Origin: Octopus bimaculoides
Lineage: Eukaryota
Direction: 5' to 3'
Length of the DNA: 64,000 nt
Assembly (NCBI RefSeq): GCF_001194135.2
Contig: NC_068997.1
Coordinates: 50,456,583-50,520,582, forward strand
Shown here: piece by piece, positions 50,123 through 64,000 of the stretch
Position numbering within the stretch: position 1 is the first letter of the stretch
Layout of the letters: each line of letters begins with the position of its first letter
Made by a program: the position numbers and the translations under genes
Notes under the pieces: generated by a model
The model's input: the letters and a program-made list of their open reading frames with translations, nothing else
Told to the model about the DNA's origin: nothing
The model's database searches: none

Positions 50123-51995
50123 CTGGAGTATAACACTTCATTTTACATTGCTCCCGTCCACAATTTGTAAATGAGAAACCCCACAATAGACTGGTGTCCT
50201 GTTCAAAGGTAGTATTGTGATCGTGGTCACTCATACACCATTGAAACTAAATGACCAACCCTATGAGTCTTGGGACTTGAGACTGTAATGTCTAGAAGTT
50301 GATGATGATGATGATGACGATGAAGTTTCAGAGAAGGACCACACACGAATTTAACTGCTCCACATGTGATTACCTTATCATAATCCTCATATTTCATTGT
50401 TTGTGATAATATTAACAGCATTAACATTGAAGAGTACAATAGTTGTATGTAATTACGTTTACTATTTCTTATCAAGCTGAATCCAGCATTAACTGGGTGA
50501 CTGACTTAATATCAAAAGCTTGCAAACAACATGATGTTGTGAGGAGCGAGAGGGGACACCCCGTTTCTCACTAAACAAACTGTAGTCAGATATTGACAAA
50601 AAAACAGACAAGGGTGACTATGAGTTTGCATCTCTTAATGAAATTAAATATATCGCTTAATAAAATGCCAGTCAGCAGAATATTTTGTTGCATTATGTAT
50701 TTCCCGATTGTCTCAGTCATTGCGCTGTGGCCATGCTGGGGCACCACCTCGACGGGTTTGGCATAACACATGAACCCCACTACTTATTGTTTTTTGAAGT
50801 CAAGTAATTATTCTATTGGGCTGTGTTTGCAAACTGCTAAATCCTGCAGACATAAACAAACCAATACTTGTCAAGCAGTGGTAGGGGACAAACACAACAC
50901 AAAGATACACACACACAGATATACACACACATTCATATATATATANNNNNNNNNNNNNNNNNNNNNNNNNNNNNNNNNNNNNNNNNNNNNNNNNNNNNNN
51001 NNNNNNNNNNNNNNNNNNNNNNNNNNNNNNNNNNNNNNNNNNNNNNNNNNNNNNNNNNNNNNNNNNNNNNNNNNNNNNNNNNNNNNNNNNNNNNNNNNNN
51101 NNNNNNNNNNNNNNNNNNNNNNNNNNNNNNNNNNNNNNNNNNNNNNNNNNNNNNNNNNNNNNNNNNNNNNNNNNNNNNNNNNNNNNNNNNNNNNNNNNNN
51201 NNNNNNNNNNNNNNNNNNNNNNNNNNNNNNNNNNNNNNNNNNNNNNNNNNNNNNNNNNNNNNATATATATTACAGAGTGTGCTGGGTACTTTTTATGTGC
51301 ATTTACATAGCACTGGCACAAGTGCATTTTATGTGGCACTGACACAAGTGCATTTTATGTGACACCAGCACCTGCAAGACAAAGACCTCTCAGCTGGGAG
51401 TGGGAATGGGGGGGGGGGTATGGCCACAACAGATATGCCTGTATTCATGGATGGCTGCAAGGATTTCTCCTTGGAGGCATGTGGCTTAGTGGTTAGGGTG
51501 TTAGACTCATGATCCTAAGATTGTTGTTTCAATTCCTGGACTGGGTGATATGTTTTGTTCTTGAGCAAAACACTTCATTCCACATTGCTCCTGTTCATTC
51601 ATTTGGCAAAAATGAGTAATCCTGCAATGGATCGACATCCTGTCCAGGTGGGGAATTTATACGCCATGAAACTGTGAAACTGGCCTTTATGAACCAGTGT
51701 GACTCAAAAAGGAAATTTTACCGTTCTTTTCTTTTTCCTAGGTAAAAAATGGTTGAGAACCACTGTGCAAAAGGGTTAAATGACTGAGATTATAAACCCC
51801 AACCGCTGAACAGGATGTTAGTCCCTTACCTGGGGCTGGAAAAAAAAATCTACCACCACCACCACCAAGAAAATCTTGCATGTAGTGAATTTGAACCTAG
51901 GACCTGTGTGGTCAGTCACTGCAGCACCTTATTCCTTCAGTCATGTGACACACCACAAAAAAAGAAGGAAGACAAAAAGGGATGGAATCACTCAC

Positions 51996-52137
51996 CAGCT
52001 CTGTACCATGGCCACTGAAGGCATTTGTAGAAGATTGTCTGGCAGAAGGTTGATTTCCTTCATTATATTGGCAAGCCTAACAGGCAATTCTTTACGCAGA
52101 AATTCAAATGAAGTCCTTTCACAAGCATTCTGACTAC
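51996..52137 (-). CDS. PDK: Pyruvate dehydrogenase kinase, coding exon 2 (first found in window)
   Basis: 142 nt, AG/GT-bounded (donor GTGAGT), phase 1-2. Encodes (G)[46 protein letters not shown](W); [16 protein letters not shown] is a PDK-family signature. Confidence 0.96.
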
Positions 52138-52195
52138 CTGTCAATGGAAAAATAAAATGGAAACAAATTAGATTCTAACAATCAAAATATAATGC

Positions 52196-52257
<62 letters not shown>

Positions 52258-53326
52258 CAAGAATTGGCAACAGGTTGGTTGCAGCTCACAAATGGGTCAG
52301 TGACCTTTTCAACAAAAAGAATTAAAAAAAAATTTAATGTATTCATGAGCCATTGGATAGGTAATGGCTTCTAAATAGTCTTTTGTGACAGAATTGGTTT
52401 AATGTATGTTTATATAAGTATTGAACAGTGATGGAAATGGGCGGTGGGGTATGCGAGGATATTTTTACATAAAGAGGTTATATAACTCTGTGTTACAAAA
52501 TTAAAATTTTTTTGTCTTTGGTCAGCAAGTGTTATTTCCTATTTGCTTCTATCTAGAAACTAAAGGAAATTACTACTAATCATTCCCTTCAAACTTTGCT
52601 TTTGCAACCTGGGTATCAATGTTTTGAAACTGGCCTGTTTTCCATTACAGATTCATCACTGAGTTGCTGAAGCAGAAATATCGTTATAGCAAATATTCTG
52701 CACTATATCACAGACCATTAGCTTTAGTCAACCTGGGACTATAATAGAAAAATCTTGCCCAAGGTGTCATACAGTGGGACTGAACCTGAAACCATGTGGT
52801 TGGGAAGCATATTTCGGAACTACACAGCTAAGCTTGCACCTATCCCATGCCTTCATATATCACACACACATAAATACTATACATTTCCTTATCCTACATA
52901 CTAGTCAGATAAACTAAGTCAATCACCTGATTTTCCAAGATAAACACGGCTGCATATTTCATGCTTTTCTCAAGGATATCAATGCGACCAAACCACATCA
53001 ACAGCAATTAAAATCTGGGTCAAAGTGATTTCTAATGCAGTTTATTTATGATTGAAGTAAATCATGATGATACTTGAAACTTTTGTGTGGTTGCATAGCC
53101 CTTTGTCAGTGTATATATATATGTATCATCATCATCATCATCATCATCATCGTTTAACGTCCGCTTTCCATGCTAGCATGGGTTGGACGATTTGACTGAG
53201 GACCGGTGAAACAGGATGGCAACACCAGGCTCCAGTCTGATTTGGCAGAGTTTCTACAGCTGGATGCCCTTCCTAACGCCAACCACTCAGAGAGTGTAGT
53301 GGGTGCTTTTACGTGTCACCCGCACG

Positions 53327-53930
53327 TTTCAGTCATTTGACTGGGGCCATGCTGGAGCACCACCTTTAGTCGAACAAATCGAACCCAGAACGTATTCTTT
53401 GTANNNNNNNNNNNNNNNNNNNNNNNNNNNNNNNNNNNNNNNNNNNNNNNNNNNNNNNNNNNNNNNNNNNNNNNNNNNNNNNNNNNNNNNNNNNNNNNNN
53501 NNNNNNNNNNNNNNNNNNNNNNNNNNNNNNNNNNNNNNNNNNNNNNNNNNNNNNNNNNNNNNNNNNNNNNNNNNNNNNNNNNNNNNNNNNNNNNNNNNNN
53601 NNNNNNNNNNNNNNNNNNNNNNNNNNNNNNNNNNNNNNNNNNNNNNNNNNNNNNNNNNNNNNNNNNNNNNNNNNNNNNNNNNNNNNNNNNNNNNNNNNNN
53701 NNNNNNNNNNNNNNNNNNNNNNNNNNNNNNNNNNNAGAGAGGCACAAGCACATACACAGACATATACACACACAGCAGTAACTTCCACCTACCAAATTCA
53801 ATCACAAGGCTTCGCTCAGCCCGGGGTTATAGCAGAAGACACTTGCCCAAGGTGCCATGCGGTGGGACTGAACCCAAAACCATGTAGCTGGGAAGCAAGC
53901 TTCCTAACCACACAGCCATGCCCGCGCCTA
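53327..53930 (-). mobile_element. SINE family A spanning an N-gap, abutting an RTE tail (53125-53326)
   Basis: Tail and head of family A lie on either side of the gap at 53404-53735. Confidence 0.8.
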
Positions 53931-55968
53931 TATATATATATATATATACGAGTTTCAAGTCAAGGATTTAATATAAGTCCAAACAGCAAGATTCATGTGG
54001 AAGCAAATACCAGCCTGAGCGATACCCAGGCTACAGTGGAGAAGGCAAGCCAATGGATTTTACTAAAAAGAGACAATGAACAATGGCTAGAAGAATATTG
54101 AGTGAAGGCTAGTAACTAGTTGATCTAGCAAGTGGGGCCTCATTTCAATGGGGTGGGGGTGGCAGTGAGCAATAATGTTGTTGAGAGGAAGGCCCTGGTG
54201 ACCCCTATAAGCTAGTTACTGTCTGGTATGCAGAGCTTTTAACTGGTAGCACTTGCATCTGCAAGTTGTTTGCAAATAATAAACATAGGCAGAAGTGTGG
54301 CTGTGAGATAAGAAGTTCGCTCCCAAACAACAAGGTTCCAAGTTCAGTCTCACTGGTTGGCGCATTAGGCAAGTGTTTTCTACTAAAGCCTCAGGCCAAC
54401 CAAAGCCTTGTGGTTCGGTTTGGTAGACGGAAACTGAAAGAAGCCCATCATGTGTGTGTGTGTGTTTGTGTTTGTCCCCTCTTGACAACCAGTGTTAGTT
54501 TGTCCCTGTAACTTTAGCAATTCCGCAAAAGAGACCCTTAGAATAAGCGTAAAAAAAACAAAAAAGTATTGGGGTCCAATTCATTCAACTAAAAACTCTT
54601 CAGGGCTGTGCCCTAGTCAGTCATTCAGTCAGTCTGCATGCCTGTCTGTCTGCAGTAGACCACATATTAAAGAATCACTCACTGTTTCTTATCATTGTTA
54701 GAAATATCTGTGTACAGACATGTAATTACATTTTGCCAATAATAAACTTCCTCATAATTGTTATTTGTGCAATACTGATTTGTTATATGTTGCTATTGTT
54801 AACGTCAATGTATGCATTGTTTGTTGTTGGGTTTTTATTTTGTTGTTTTGAGTTGTTTGAAACATGTTTGGTCACAATCTAGTTTTTTATGTATTGTGTA
54901 TGTACCCAGCTGAACAGCGACATATATAAATAGAAACTAGAAGACATTGCCATTGGAAGGCAGCAGACTTGAAATGTTAACTTAACTTTCAACAATGTTC
55001 CTTGTTTCAAAGTTGTTATTTTTATTCAGCTGCACCTTCAAAGAAACATGAAAATAGGAGTGGGGAATGCAAGATGAGGATGGATCTTCTGAAAGGTCAC
55101 TTGACCCATTTCCAAGAAAAAGAATTCTTTATTTTTACAGCTTAGCAACAGAAGAAAATACATCATCATCATCATCACCATTTTTTCCATGCTTTGAATC
55201 AGTCAGATGAAATTTGTTGAAGCAGATTTTTACAGGCAGTGGACGTTTTTTCTTACTGAAGTATGATAAATTGAAAAGAGTTCTTTATATTTCATGGTAG
55301 GCAAATCAGGGTTGCCAGGTATACAAATGAGAATTCAAGAGTTAAGGAATGGCTCATATCTACTCCATTCCTTAATTCTTATAAATATATATATATATAT
55401 ATATAAATGGAACAAAAACACAATAGAGGACAGTAAAATATTCAGACAGATAGACGATACAAAGGCGGACAGGAGAAGCAATAATTAGAAGGACAAGGGA
55501 AAAAAAGAGGGGTCATTTGTGGCCTTCTTTCCTCAGTCAAGTTACCAGATGTCCTTACTGTTTCGGGCAATTACATCATATATCTATCTATCTATCAATA
55601 TATATATATATATATATATGATGGTCTTCTTTCAGTTTCCATCTACCAAATCCACTAACAAGGCTTTAATTGGCCCAGGACCATAGTAGAAGACACTTGC
55701 CCAAAGTACCATGCAGTGGGACTGAACTCCAAAACATACGATTGAGAAGTCAGCTTCGTAACTACACAGCAATGCCTGTGTTGGACTAAAAATCTAAAAA
55801 GTTCACCATCTTATGACCTGCTAGAATAAAAATAAACAATCTCCCTCAAATCACAATCTCACTAGACAAGGTAACCCTAAAAAAATACAAAACATCATTG
55901 TACATAGGCCTATTCAATCAGGGCTAACTTGATGCTATTTATGATCACAGGGAAACTTCAATATAGTC

Positions 55969-56383
55969 GTATAGGCGTAGGAGTGACTGTGTGGTAAGTA
56001 GCTTGCTTACCAACCACATGGTTCCGGGTTCAGTCCCATTGCGTGGCACCTTGGGCAAGTGTCTTCTACTATAGCCTTGGGCCGACCAAAGCCTTGTGAG
56101 TGGATTTGGTAGATGGAAATTGAAAGAAGCCCGTCATATATATGTATGTGTGTGTGCATATGTTTATGTGTCTATGTTTGTACCCCACCCCCCAACATCG
56201 CTTGACAACCGATGCTGGTGTGTTTACGTCCCCATAACTTAACAGTTCGGCAAAAAGAGGCCGATAGAATAAGTACTAGGCTTACAAAGAATAAGTCCTG
56301 GGGTCGATTTGCTCGACTAAAGGCGGTGCTCCAGCATGGCCGCAGTCAAATGACTGAAACAAGTAAAAGAGAAAGTAAAAGAG
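55969..56383 (+). mobile_element. SINE family A, full length
   Basis: Complete head to tail; probable 7-bp TSD TATAGTC (55962-55968, 56384-56390). Confidence 0.9.
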
Positions 56384-56948
56384 TATAGTCTGTTGGTTAC
56401 TCAACCAATTATATAATTAAATAAACCTCCCAAAGCACCAGTTCTTTTTGAGGTTACACCCTACTGTCTTTTAATCCTTTTGTTACCATATTTCTATTGA
56501 AATATGTTGCCCTTGCTTCAATTAACTTTGAAAATAATGGAGAAATTAGTAACTTTCACATTATTAACTCTTTTGTTGCTATATTTCTGTTGAAATATGC
56601 AGCCATTGTTTTAATTAATTTTGAAAATAATGAAAAATTGAGTCAAATAATTTTGCCATTATTACGCTGGTCTTTGGAACTTAAATTAACATATTATGAT
56701 GGACGATTTTGAATTAGATCACTTCAAAACAGGAAGTTTGTTTCATAGAACCAGGAGCAGTCTCCAGAGGGTTGGCATCAAAAGGATTTGGAAGAAAATT
56801 TAACATAGAATTTTGATGGAAATTTAGATCACTTTAACCCTTTAGCAATCAGATTATACAGTCAAAAGTAATGCTTATCTCTTTATGTTGTTTCACAACC
56901 ATCTCACAACTGCGTTTGTGGACATAGTTGTTACCTGTGAACAGTTTT

Positions 56949-57384
56949 ATAGGTGCAGGAGTGGCTATGTGGTAAGTAGCTTGCTTACCAACCACATGGT
57001 TCAGGGTTCAGCCCCACTGCATGGCACCTTGGGCAAGTGTCTTCTACTATAGCCTCGGGCCGACCAAAGCCTTGTGAGTGGATTTGGTAGACAGAAACTG
57101 AAAGAAGCTAGTTGTATATTTGTATATATATATGTGTATGTGTGTGTATATATATATATGTATGTATGTATGTGTGTGTATATGTTTGTGTGTCTGTGTT
57201 TGTCCCCCCAACATCGCTTGACAACCAATGCTGGTGTGTTTATGTTCCCGTCACTTAGCGGTTCTGCAAAAGAGACCGATAAAATAAGTACTAGGCTTAC
57301 AAAGAATAAGTCCTGGGGTCGATTTGCTCGACTAAAGGCAGTGCTCCAGCATGGCCCCAGTCAAATGACTGAAACAAGTAAAAG
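56949..57384 (+). mobile_element. SINE family A, full length
   Basis: Near-identical to 55969-56383. Confidence 0.9.
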
Positions 57385-59185
57385 CGTTTTAAGTAGGAAC
57401 TGGTAAAAGAAGAATGAACACACAATGCACATGTGCACACTGAGGTTGGTAAAAAGAGGAGAATAAAAACACAATGCGCATGTCAAAATAAAATGGAAGA
57501 GAAGTATAAAAATGCAACATCAAACAAGTTGTTTGATGGCCTGCATTCCACGTCTGACAACACTGTCATGCAGCTTTGCCACAATTCTCTTGTTTTGAAT
57601 TAATCATACATTATCCAATACCTTTGAGATTTTGATGAGGTAACTGTGAATTTTTAGAATGATAGTTTAGGATTGGTGTGAGAGGTCAGATCTGGCCAGT
57701 TTGAACATAAAACAGGTAGAGTATTTTGGTCGGACAGGGCTGGTTTAAAACAGGGGATTTGTACCATTGTACCAGGGGCAGCCGTTTCAGGCTGGTTGTT
57801 GGCAAAAGAGTTAAAACAGAATGTTAGATAATATAGACTATGGCGATGTTTGCTGGTCCTCTCTATTTTACACCGTGTCTTTGTGATTGCAGTAGCAGTG
57901 GTGCTGATGGTATTGGTGGTGGTGGTGGTGGTTGGGGGAGTAGCAGAGTGGTAGTTTTAAATACTCAAAAACAAAGCAAAGCAAAAAAAAAAACAAAAAC
58001 ATGACTAGATTTCAAATCACTGTTGTTTGGCTATTGTTGTGTCTATTTACATACATAGACAAGATTTGGTGTGTAAAGATAACAAGGGAGTGGAGAAGGG
58101 CGACCTCATGACAAATTGGGTTGTCATAGAGACAGGATGACTCTGACTGATGCCCCACCCTCCACCGCTGACACCCAACTTGTTCACAAATGGAACAAAT
58201 GTATAAACGCCTGTGTGTGTGTCTCCTTGTCTTCACATCACATGATAGTTGTAAATGAGTGCCACTGTCATACAAGCAGGGTTGTTCATTTCTATTATTT
58301 TGTGAAAACATGCCTGGTCACCAAGGGGGGAAATATCACCTGGTCTGGAAACAGGTGAGGGTTGGCGACAGGAAAAGCATGTGGTCGTAGAAAATTCTGC
58401 CTCAATAAACTCTGCCCCAGCTAGAGAAAGCATGGACAAATGGATGCTAAAACAATAATGATGATGCTGGTGATATACGAAAACTCAGTGTAACCCTTTA
58501 TTAGAAGAGGGTCTTTGTTATAGTGAGGTGAAGAAAAGTTAGCAAGGAGGCTGGGAATGACATTCAGAATTTGGTCCAGGAATCTGTGTCACAGATAACC
58601 TCCATTTGCCAAGCAGTTCATCCCCACCCACCGCCATCATACATAGGGCTCCCACGATACGTAGTACTCCCTCTTCTACCCCACATTACGCTGTTGTCGT
58701 TCTCCCACCCTCTTTAAAAGCCTAGTCTCTTTCTTCCACTCCCTCCTCTCTGACGCCCCTCCCCCCACTACCACATACTTATAGTTAAAACACACACACA
58801 CATGTGAATATAATCATTAATAGCTGCTGTAATTAATTAATTAAACGAGAAAAGCAACAGGTGACACTGACAGGACCAGATTGCTGGTGGTTGTCATGGT
58901 GATGGTGACAGTGAAGCACAAGGGTCTTGATTAACTTTGGCCTGTAGTAGTAGTAGTAGTAGTAGTAGTAGTAAAGGCAAAAAAGGAACAGCACTGTTAA
59001 TAGTAACATGGACAAGAGTTATACCCTCCCATTACCACCACCACTACTACCATCGCCACAACTATCACCAGCACCACCACAACGATGACGACGACGACGA
59101 CCACCACCACTGCACCACCGCATGGTCCTTGCAAACATTTAGGCCAAGTTTTACTGAGAATAACTTCCTTCCTGCCATCGAAGAT

Positions 59186-59470
59186 TCATGGCCCAGTGGT
59201 TAGAGCGTCAGGTTTATAATCATGACGTAGTGAATTCGATTCCTGGACCGCGCTGTGTGTTCTGATCTCAAGCAAGACACTTTATTTCACGTTGCTCCAG
59301 TTCACTCATCTGTAGAAATGAGTTGTGACGTCACTGGTGCCAAGCTGTATCGGCCCCTTTGCCTTTCCTTTGGATAACATCGGTGGCATGGAGATTGGAG
59401 GCTGATACGCAAGGGCGACTGCTGGTCTTCCATTAACAACCTTGCCCAGACATATGCCTGAGAGGGTAAA
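59186..59470 (+). mobile_element. tRNA-derived SINE (C-like head)
   Basis: ATGGCCCAGTGGTTAGAGCG...GAATTCGATTCCTGGACC A/B-box-like head; a related head occurs at ~51475-51600. Confidence 0.65.
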
Positions 59471-59497
59471 TTGGAACTGTCCCTCCTTTCACTAAGC

Positions 59498-59672
59498 CAG
59501 TAGTTCCCAACCCTTTTATTTAAATAAGTTTTTCCCACTGACCCCTTTTAATATGCTTATCCTTATACACACACACATATATATTTATGAAAATTTGAAT
59601 TTAGTTCATGGATCCCCAATACTACCTTAGCGAACCAACAGGGATCCGCGGACCCCAGGTTGGGAACCACTG
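59498..59672. mobile_element. hAT MITE
   Basis: TIRs CAGTAGTTCCCAACC ... GGTTGGGAACCACTG; 8-bp TSD CACTAAGC/CCCTAAGC (7/8). Confidence 0.82.
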
Positions 59673-60065
59673 CCCTAAGCCATAATGTTATGTATAGGAT
59701 GCAAACCAGTTCTGCTTTTTAACCCAGTGGTTCTCAACCATTTTTCACCCACGGATCTCCTTTTGTTTCCTATTTTATTTCACTTAACCATTTGATGCTT
59801 TTAAAAAATCCTATTATATTTCTGTAATTAAATATTGATTTCAAATTTTGCCACAAAGCCAGAAATTTCGGAGGACAGGGGTAAGTCGATTATATCAACT
59901 GATACTTATTTTATCGACCTCGATAGGATGAATGGCAAAGTTCACATAGGAAAATTTTGACCTCAGAACGTAAAAGCTGACGAAATGCAGCTAAGAATTT
60001 TGCTAGGTGTGCTAACGATTCTGCCAGCACGCCGCTTTTTTTGTAATCAAATATTATTAAGAATT

Positions 60066-60427
60066 CTTTTATTTATTTCAATCATCTAATTGCGGCCATG
60101 TTGGAGCACCACCTTTAGTCGAACAAATCGACCCCAGGACTCATTCTTTGTAAGCCTAGTACTGATTCTATTGTTCTCTTTTGCCGAACCGTTAAGTTAC
60201 GGGAACGTAAACATACCAGCATCGGTTGTCAAGCAATGGTGGAGGGACAAACATAGACACACACACACATATATATTCAGTTTCCATCTACCAAATCCAC
60301 TCACAAGGTTTTGGTTATCCCCAAGCTATAGAAGACTCTTGCTCAAGGTGCCAGGCAGTGGGACTAAACCCGGAACCATGTAGTTGGTAAGCAAGCTACT
60401 TACTACACAGCCACTACTCCTGCGCCT
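60066..60427 (-). mobile_element. SINE family A
   Basis: Reverse-complement copy of family A, tail to head. Confidence 0.85.
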
Positions 60428-62107
60428 TGTTTTAAACAATTTTTTAAATATTTTGTGTATTGCAGAAATATAACCAATTTATTGAAGATAGACTTGTGGT
60501 TATTTAGAAAAAAAATGTTTGTGGGGTACAGACACACACACACGTTCGCGAACGAATATGTGAGGGGCTGGTCCTCGTTGACTGCAGGGGCGCTTGTGGT
60601 TGACAAGGCCAATGCGCTGAAACATCATATATATACAGATGCGCACATATTTGTGCTTATAGATGTGTTTATGTGAATGCATATGTGCATGTGGGTATGC
60701 ACAACCATATTTACAAAAGGACATACGCACACATAGCTTATATATCATACACGCACAGATACATAAAACACACATACACATATATATATCAACACACAGA
60801 TTGTGTTACCATCTCTTATACAGGTTCCAATTATGCCGAGAACATTCCTATGAGCACACACACACACACACACACACTCACTTACGCACATATATATATA
60901 TATATACACATCCAAACTTACACACACACACACGCATACATATAGATACATCACAAACATACACACACTTAAATAGCACTGTTATGCTAACACACACAAC
61001 CACGTACAGATATATAGATACATACTTACAGGCTTAAACACACACATGTAGTCACATCGCAACTGTAACATGTATCTCTCTCTACATCACAAACACACAC
61101 ACATTTAAACAGCACTGTTGTACTAACCCACACATACATACATTTAAGTAAATATATACACACTAGCATGAAGGGAAAGTAATAAATACATGCAGACAAT
61201 AAGATGTGCCCGCAGGCATATGCACACGACACCGGCACACACACACAAACGTATATATACACGCACACATACATACATGTGTACATCAGCCGCATAGGTA
61301 TTAGCGTATACTCACAGAGCACGCACATAAATAAATGTACTAACATATACACACAAGCACATGCGCGCGCGAGCGAGCACATACATACATACGCACGCGC
61401 ACAAACACACAAAGTTATTTAAATGCAAGCTTCAGGGTTCAGTAAAGACGTTTAAACTATAAGAGAATAGAATATAAGAGAGGAGAGAATGAGAGACAAA
61501 AAGTGAGGGAGGGAGATAGAAAGACAGGGAGATTGAGAAATAAAGAGAAAAAAAGAGAGAGAGATAGGAAAGAAAAAAGAGATACAGAGGAGGTAGGAAA
61601 AAGATACAAAGAAGAGGAAGGAGAGACGTAGAGAGAGGTGGGGAAAGGAGAGTGTCAGTGTGAAGGAGAGAGAGGAAGGTGTATACGCCAGTGCGTGCGT
61701 CTTTTGTGTATGTATCGAACAGGAGGTGTGACGGTGGTAAGAGAGGGGGAGGTAAAGAGCTGATCGACTTTAACATAGTAACTCACATAATGGCTTCATG
61801 AAACAAGCTCCTCGGATCTAGAACGGAAACTGTTATCATATATACCATATATTCCTTGTAGAAATTATATGTTTTGTGTGCATTAAAATCCGTACAGACC
61901 CACAAACTACACCACACATTCGCACACAGATGCTTACGGGTATTATATATATATATATACACACACACATACTGCTCTGTTATAGTCGCAATCCAATGCC
62001 TGGAACAAATAAAATATTTTATATCTTATATACAGACACTCCCGTCGAAGACGACGTATGAGTGTTTAGCTTTTGCAGAACGACCTGTACAAATGATTTA
62101 TTTATAG

Positions 62108-62490
62108 CAGGGGTGGAGAAACCTCCGCCCGCGAGCCTATTTTATTGCTCTCGCGGGCTGGTATACTTGTATGTACAAAATATAGTAAATTTTTCAATTA
62201 TAAAATTTATACAATATTCGTATGTGACTTAAAACGGTTTGACTCAGACATAAAATCGTCCGGTAATAAAACACATTTTGCTAAGTTTGCGCCACTCCCG
62301 TGAGACCCAACTTACTTCATAAGTAATATAAACGTCTTAAATTCAGTGGTGACGTTAATGAAAATGTTACGCGTTAATTTAATGCCTTAAACTAATCTCT
62401 TTTCATGTGTCTCGAATTATATAGATAGAAGTGTTAGAACTTGTGATCCGCCCGCGGACCTTGTTTTGGGGAAATTTTCCCCCGCTCCTG
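62108..62490. mobile_element. hAT MITE (CpG-rich)
   Basis: Termini CAGGGGTGGAGAAA ... TTTCCCCCGCTCCTG; 8-bp TSD ATTTATAG/GTTTATAG (7/8). Confidence 0.65.
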
Positions 62491-64000
62491 GTTTATAGTG
62501 ATCAAATATTCGTGCTGCACATTAGCTCACTCTCTCGATCAAATCGACGTTGTCTGAACACGTGCATTGTGTACCACGCATCATGTGGTTTTGAATGTAT
62601 TTTTGCTTCTTTGGGCTTTTTTTTTTTTTTGCATGCTGGTAACGAAAATCGTATTCATCCCCCCCCCCCCGCCTAGAAATTAATAGTAAGTTACAAGCAT
62701 TTAAAATTATGTAACTTTTACCAATCGGCAGCCTCCATTGTCAGATATACCGGACGCCGTGACTGTCATCTTTGGGAATAGCAAGCACACAAGGAACCTT
62801 TACGTCGACCACCGACCTACTAGAAATAGCAGCTAAATCTTCCTTAAACTACACAATACCGTCTCAAAAAAGGACAAAACTGTGTCATAGCCCCGTTTAT
62901 TTCCTCACTTGTGGAAGGTCCAAGCGCTTTCCACTTACGTGTTAATAATTTCTAAATGAAAGTCAATTTATTGAACTCACGACTCTTAACTAGGCTCCAC
63001 AGACTGATATAAAATGTATTTTCTCTTCTGTTATGTTAAAACTGTCTTTCAAGGATTGGTAGTGGAGAAAGAACAGCATCATCATCAACAGTACACTTCA
63101 TACGATAACAAAATGTCTTTCAAACTCAACTTAAAACCTCTCTGTTTGAAAACATTGCAAGTATTGCATCATTTGGGGGAGTGTAAAAAAAGGTCAGCAT
63201 AGTTATTAACATGCTAGCTAATTTTTATTAACACATACGATGATGCAATACTTGCAATATAACAGTTCCAAACAGGTAGGAAAAAAAGAACGAAAAAAAA
63301 TCACCAATTACTTATGTTGCCCCAATGCATCTAACCAATTCTTTCTCTACCCCTGCCACCGAGCTCAAATTCCGCCACAAGGGACTTTTGCCTTTCGACC
63401 TTTCCGGGACGATAAAATAAACACCAGTTGAACACTGGGGTTGATATAATCGACTTATCCCACCCCGAGATTGCTGGCCTTGTACCAAAATTCGAAACAT
63501 ATATAATATATATTAGATGGGGTTGTCACAACTGGAAATGCCTTTGATCAATAAGCCTGGGCTTAACAACAACAGCCACTAACCAGACCATCTTTTATAT
63601 TAAAAGATCGTCTGCTTAGTGGCTGTTAGTGAAATCTTATGAGGAGGTGGGAGAGAAAAGACGTTTGTGGTTAAGGGATGAGGGAGGGTAGAAGAGGAAT
63701 GCCAGAATATTAAGATATTGCAAGAAAGAAGTGTCTGGCCTCTTATCTCCAGGATAATAAGCTGTACTTTTCCTCAACCCTCTGCTATCGCTGCTGAATT
63801 CTCGAATCTTGAGATGATCTTTCTTACTGATATGGAGCTGATTAACTGCTATTTAGTGATGACACATCCTCTAGAAGCGGATTTTAATAAATCAAGAATT
63901 TATATTGTACGGCGTTTGATATACCTGTAATCATAGTTATTTCTCTTGGCTCATGTTTGTTTATATTATGTCTCAACCAACACAAGCAGAAAGTCTCTAC

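Noticed and set aside
61780-61850. Possible PDK first exon ending at a GTGAGT donor near 61785
   Set aside because: The peptide lacks SPSPLS...DFG similarity and ends in the wrong phase for exon 2 (phase 1 needed).

Overview
Eukaryotic, AT-rich, microsatellite- and retroposon-rich genomic DNA with about 13 N-gaps. The SINE/RTE repertoire looks like that of an Octopus-type cephalopod; this is inferred from recognising the repeats, not from a search. The only protein-coding gene I can support is a mitochondrial pyruvate dehydrogenase kinase (PDK) on the minus strand. I rebuilt 11 coding exons by hand with GT-AG boundaries and consistent phases: 51996-52137, 31800-31871, 24849-24870 (cut by a gap), 14656-14776, 13783-13869, 13265-13348, 12088-12164, 10783-10881, 9753-9863, 6935-7048 and 5236-5364 (stop). 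I did not find the first coding exon; it probably lies beyond 64000. The 5' introns are large (>11.8 kb, 20.1 kb, 6.9 kb, ~10 kb) and the 3' introns small (0.4-2.7 kb). Introns hold at least three tRNA-derived SINE families, RTE LINE fragments and hAT, TTAA-type and palindromic MITEs; an RLE (HERO-like) LINE relic and a Tc1/mariner MITE pair lie 3' of the stop. Nearly all ORFs in the supplied track are microsatellite or gap artefacts. There is no CRISPR, rRNA, intact tRNA or prokaryote-type system. Best leads: (1) a 33-bp intronic array dense in nuclear-receptor half-sites next to an octamer/AP-1/YY1 cluster; (2) a possible in-frame 201-nt cassette exon that would split the kinase N-box; (3) inverted SINE/MITE pairs that could form dsRNA (ADAR substrates); (4) a nested hAT/SINE cluster with a shared target site and a templated junction.
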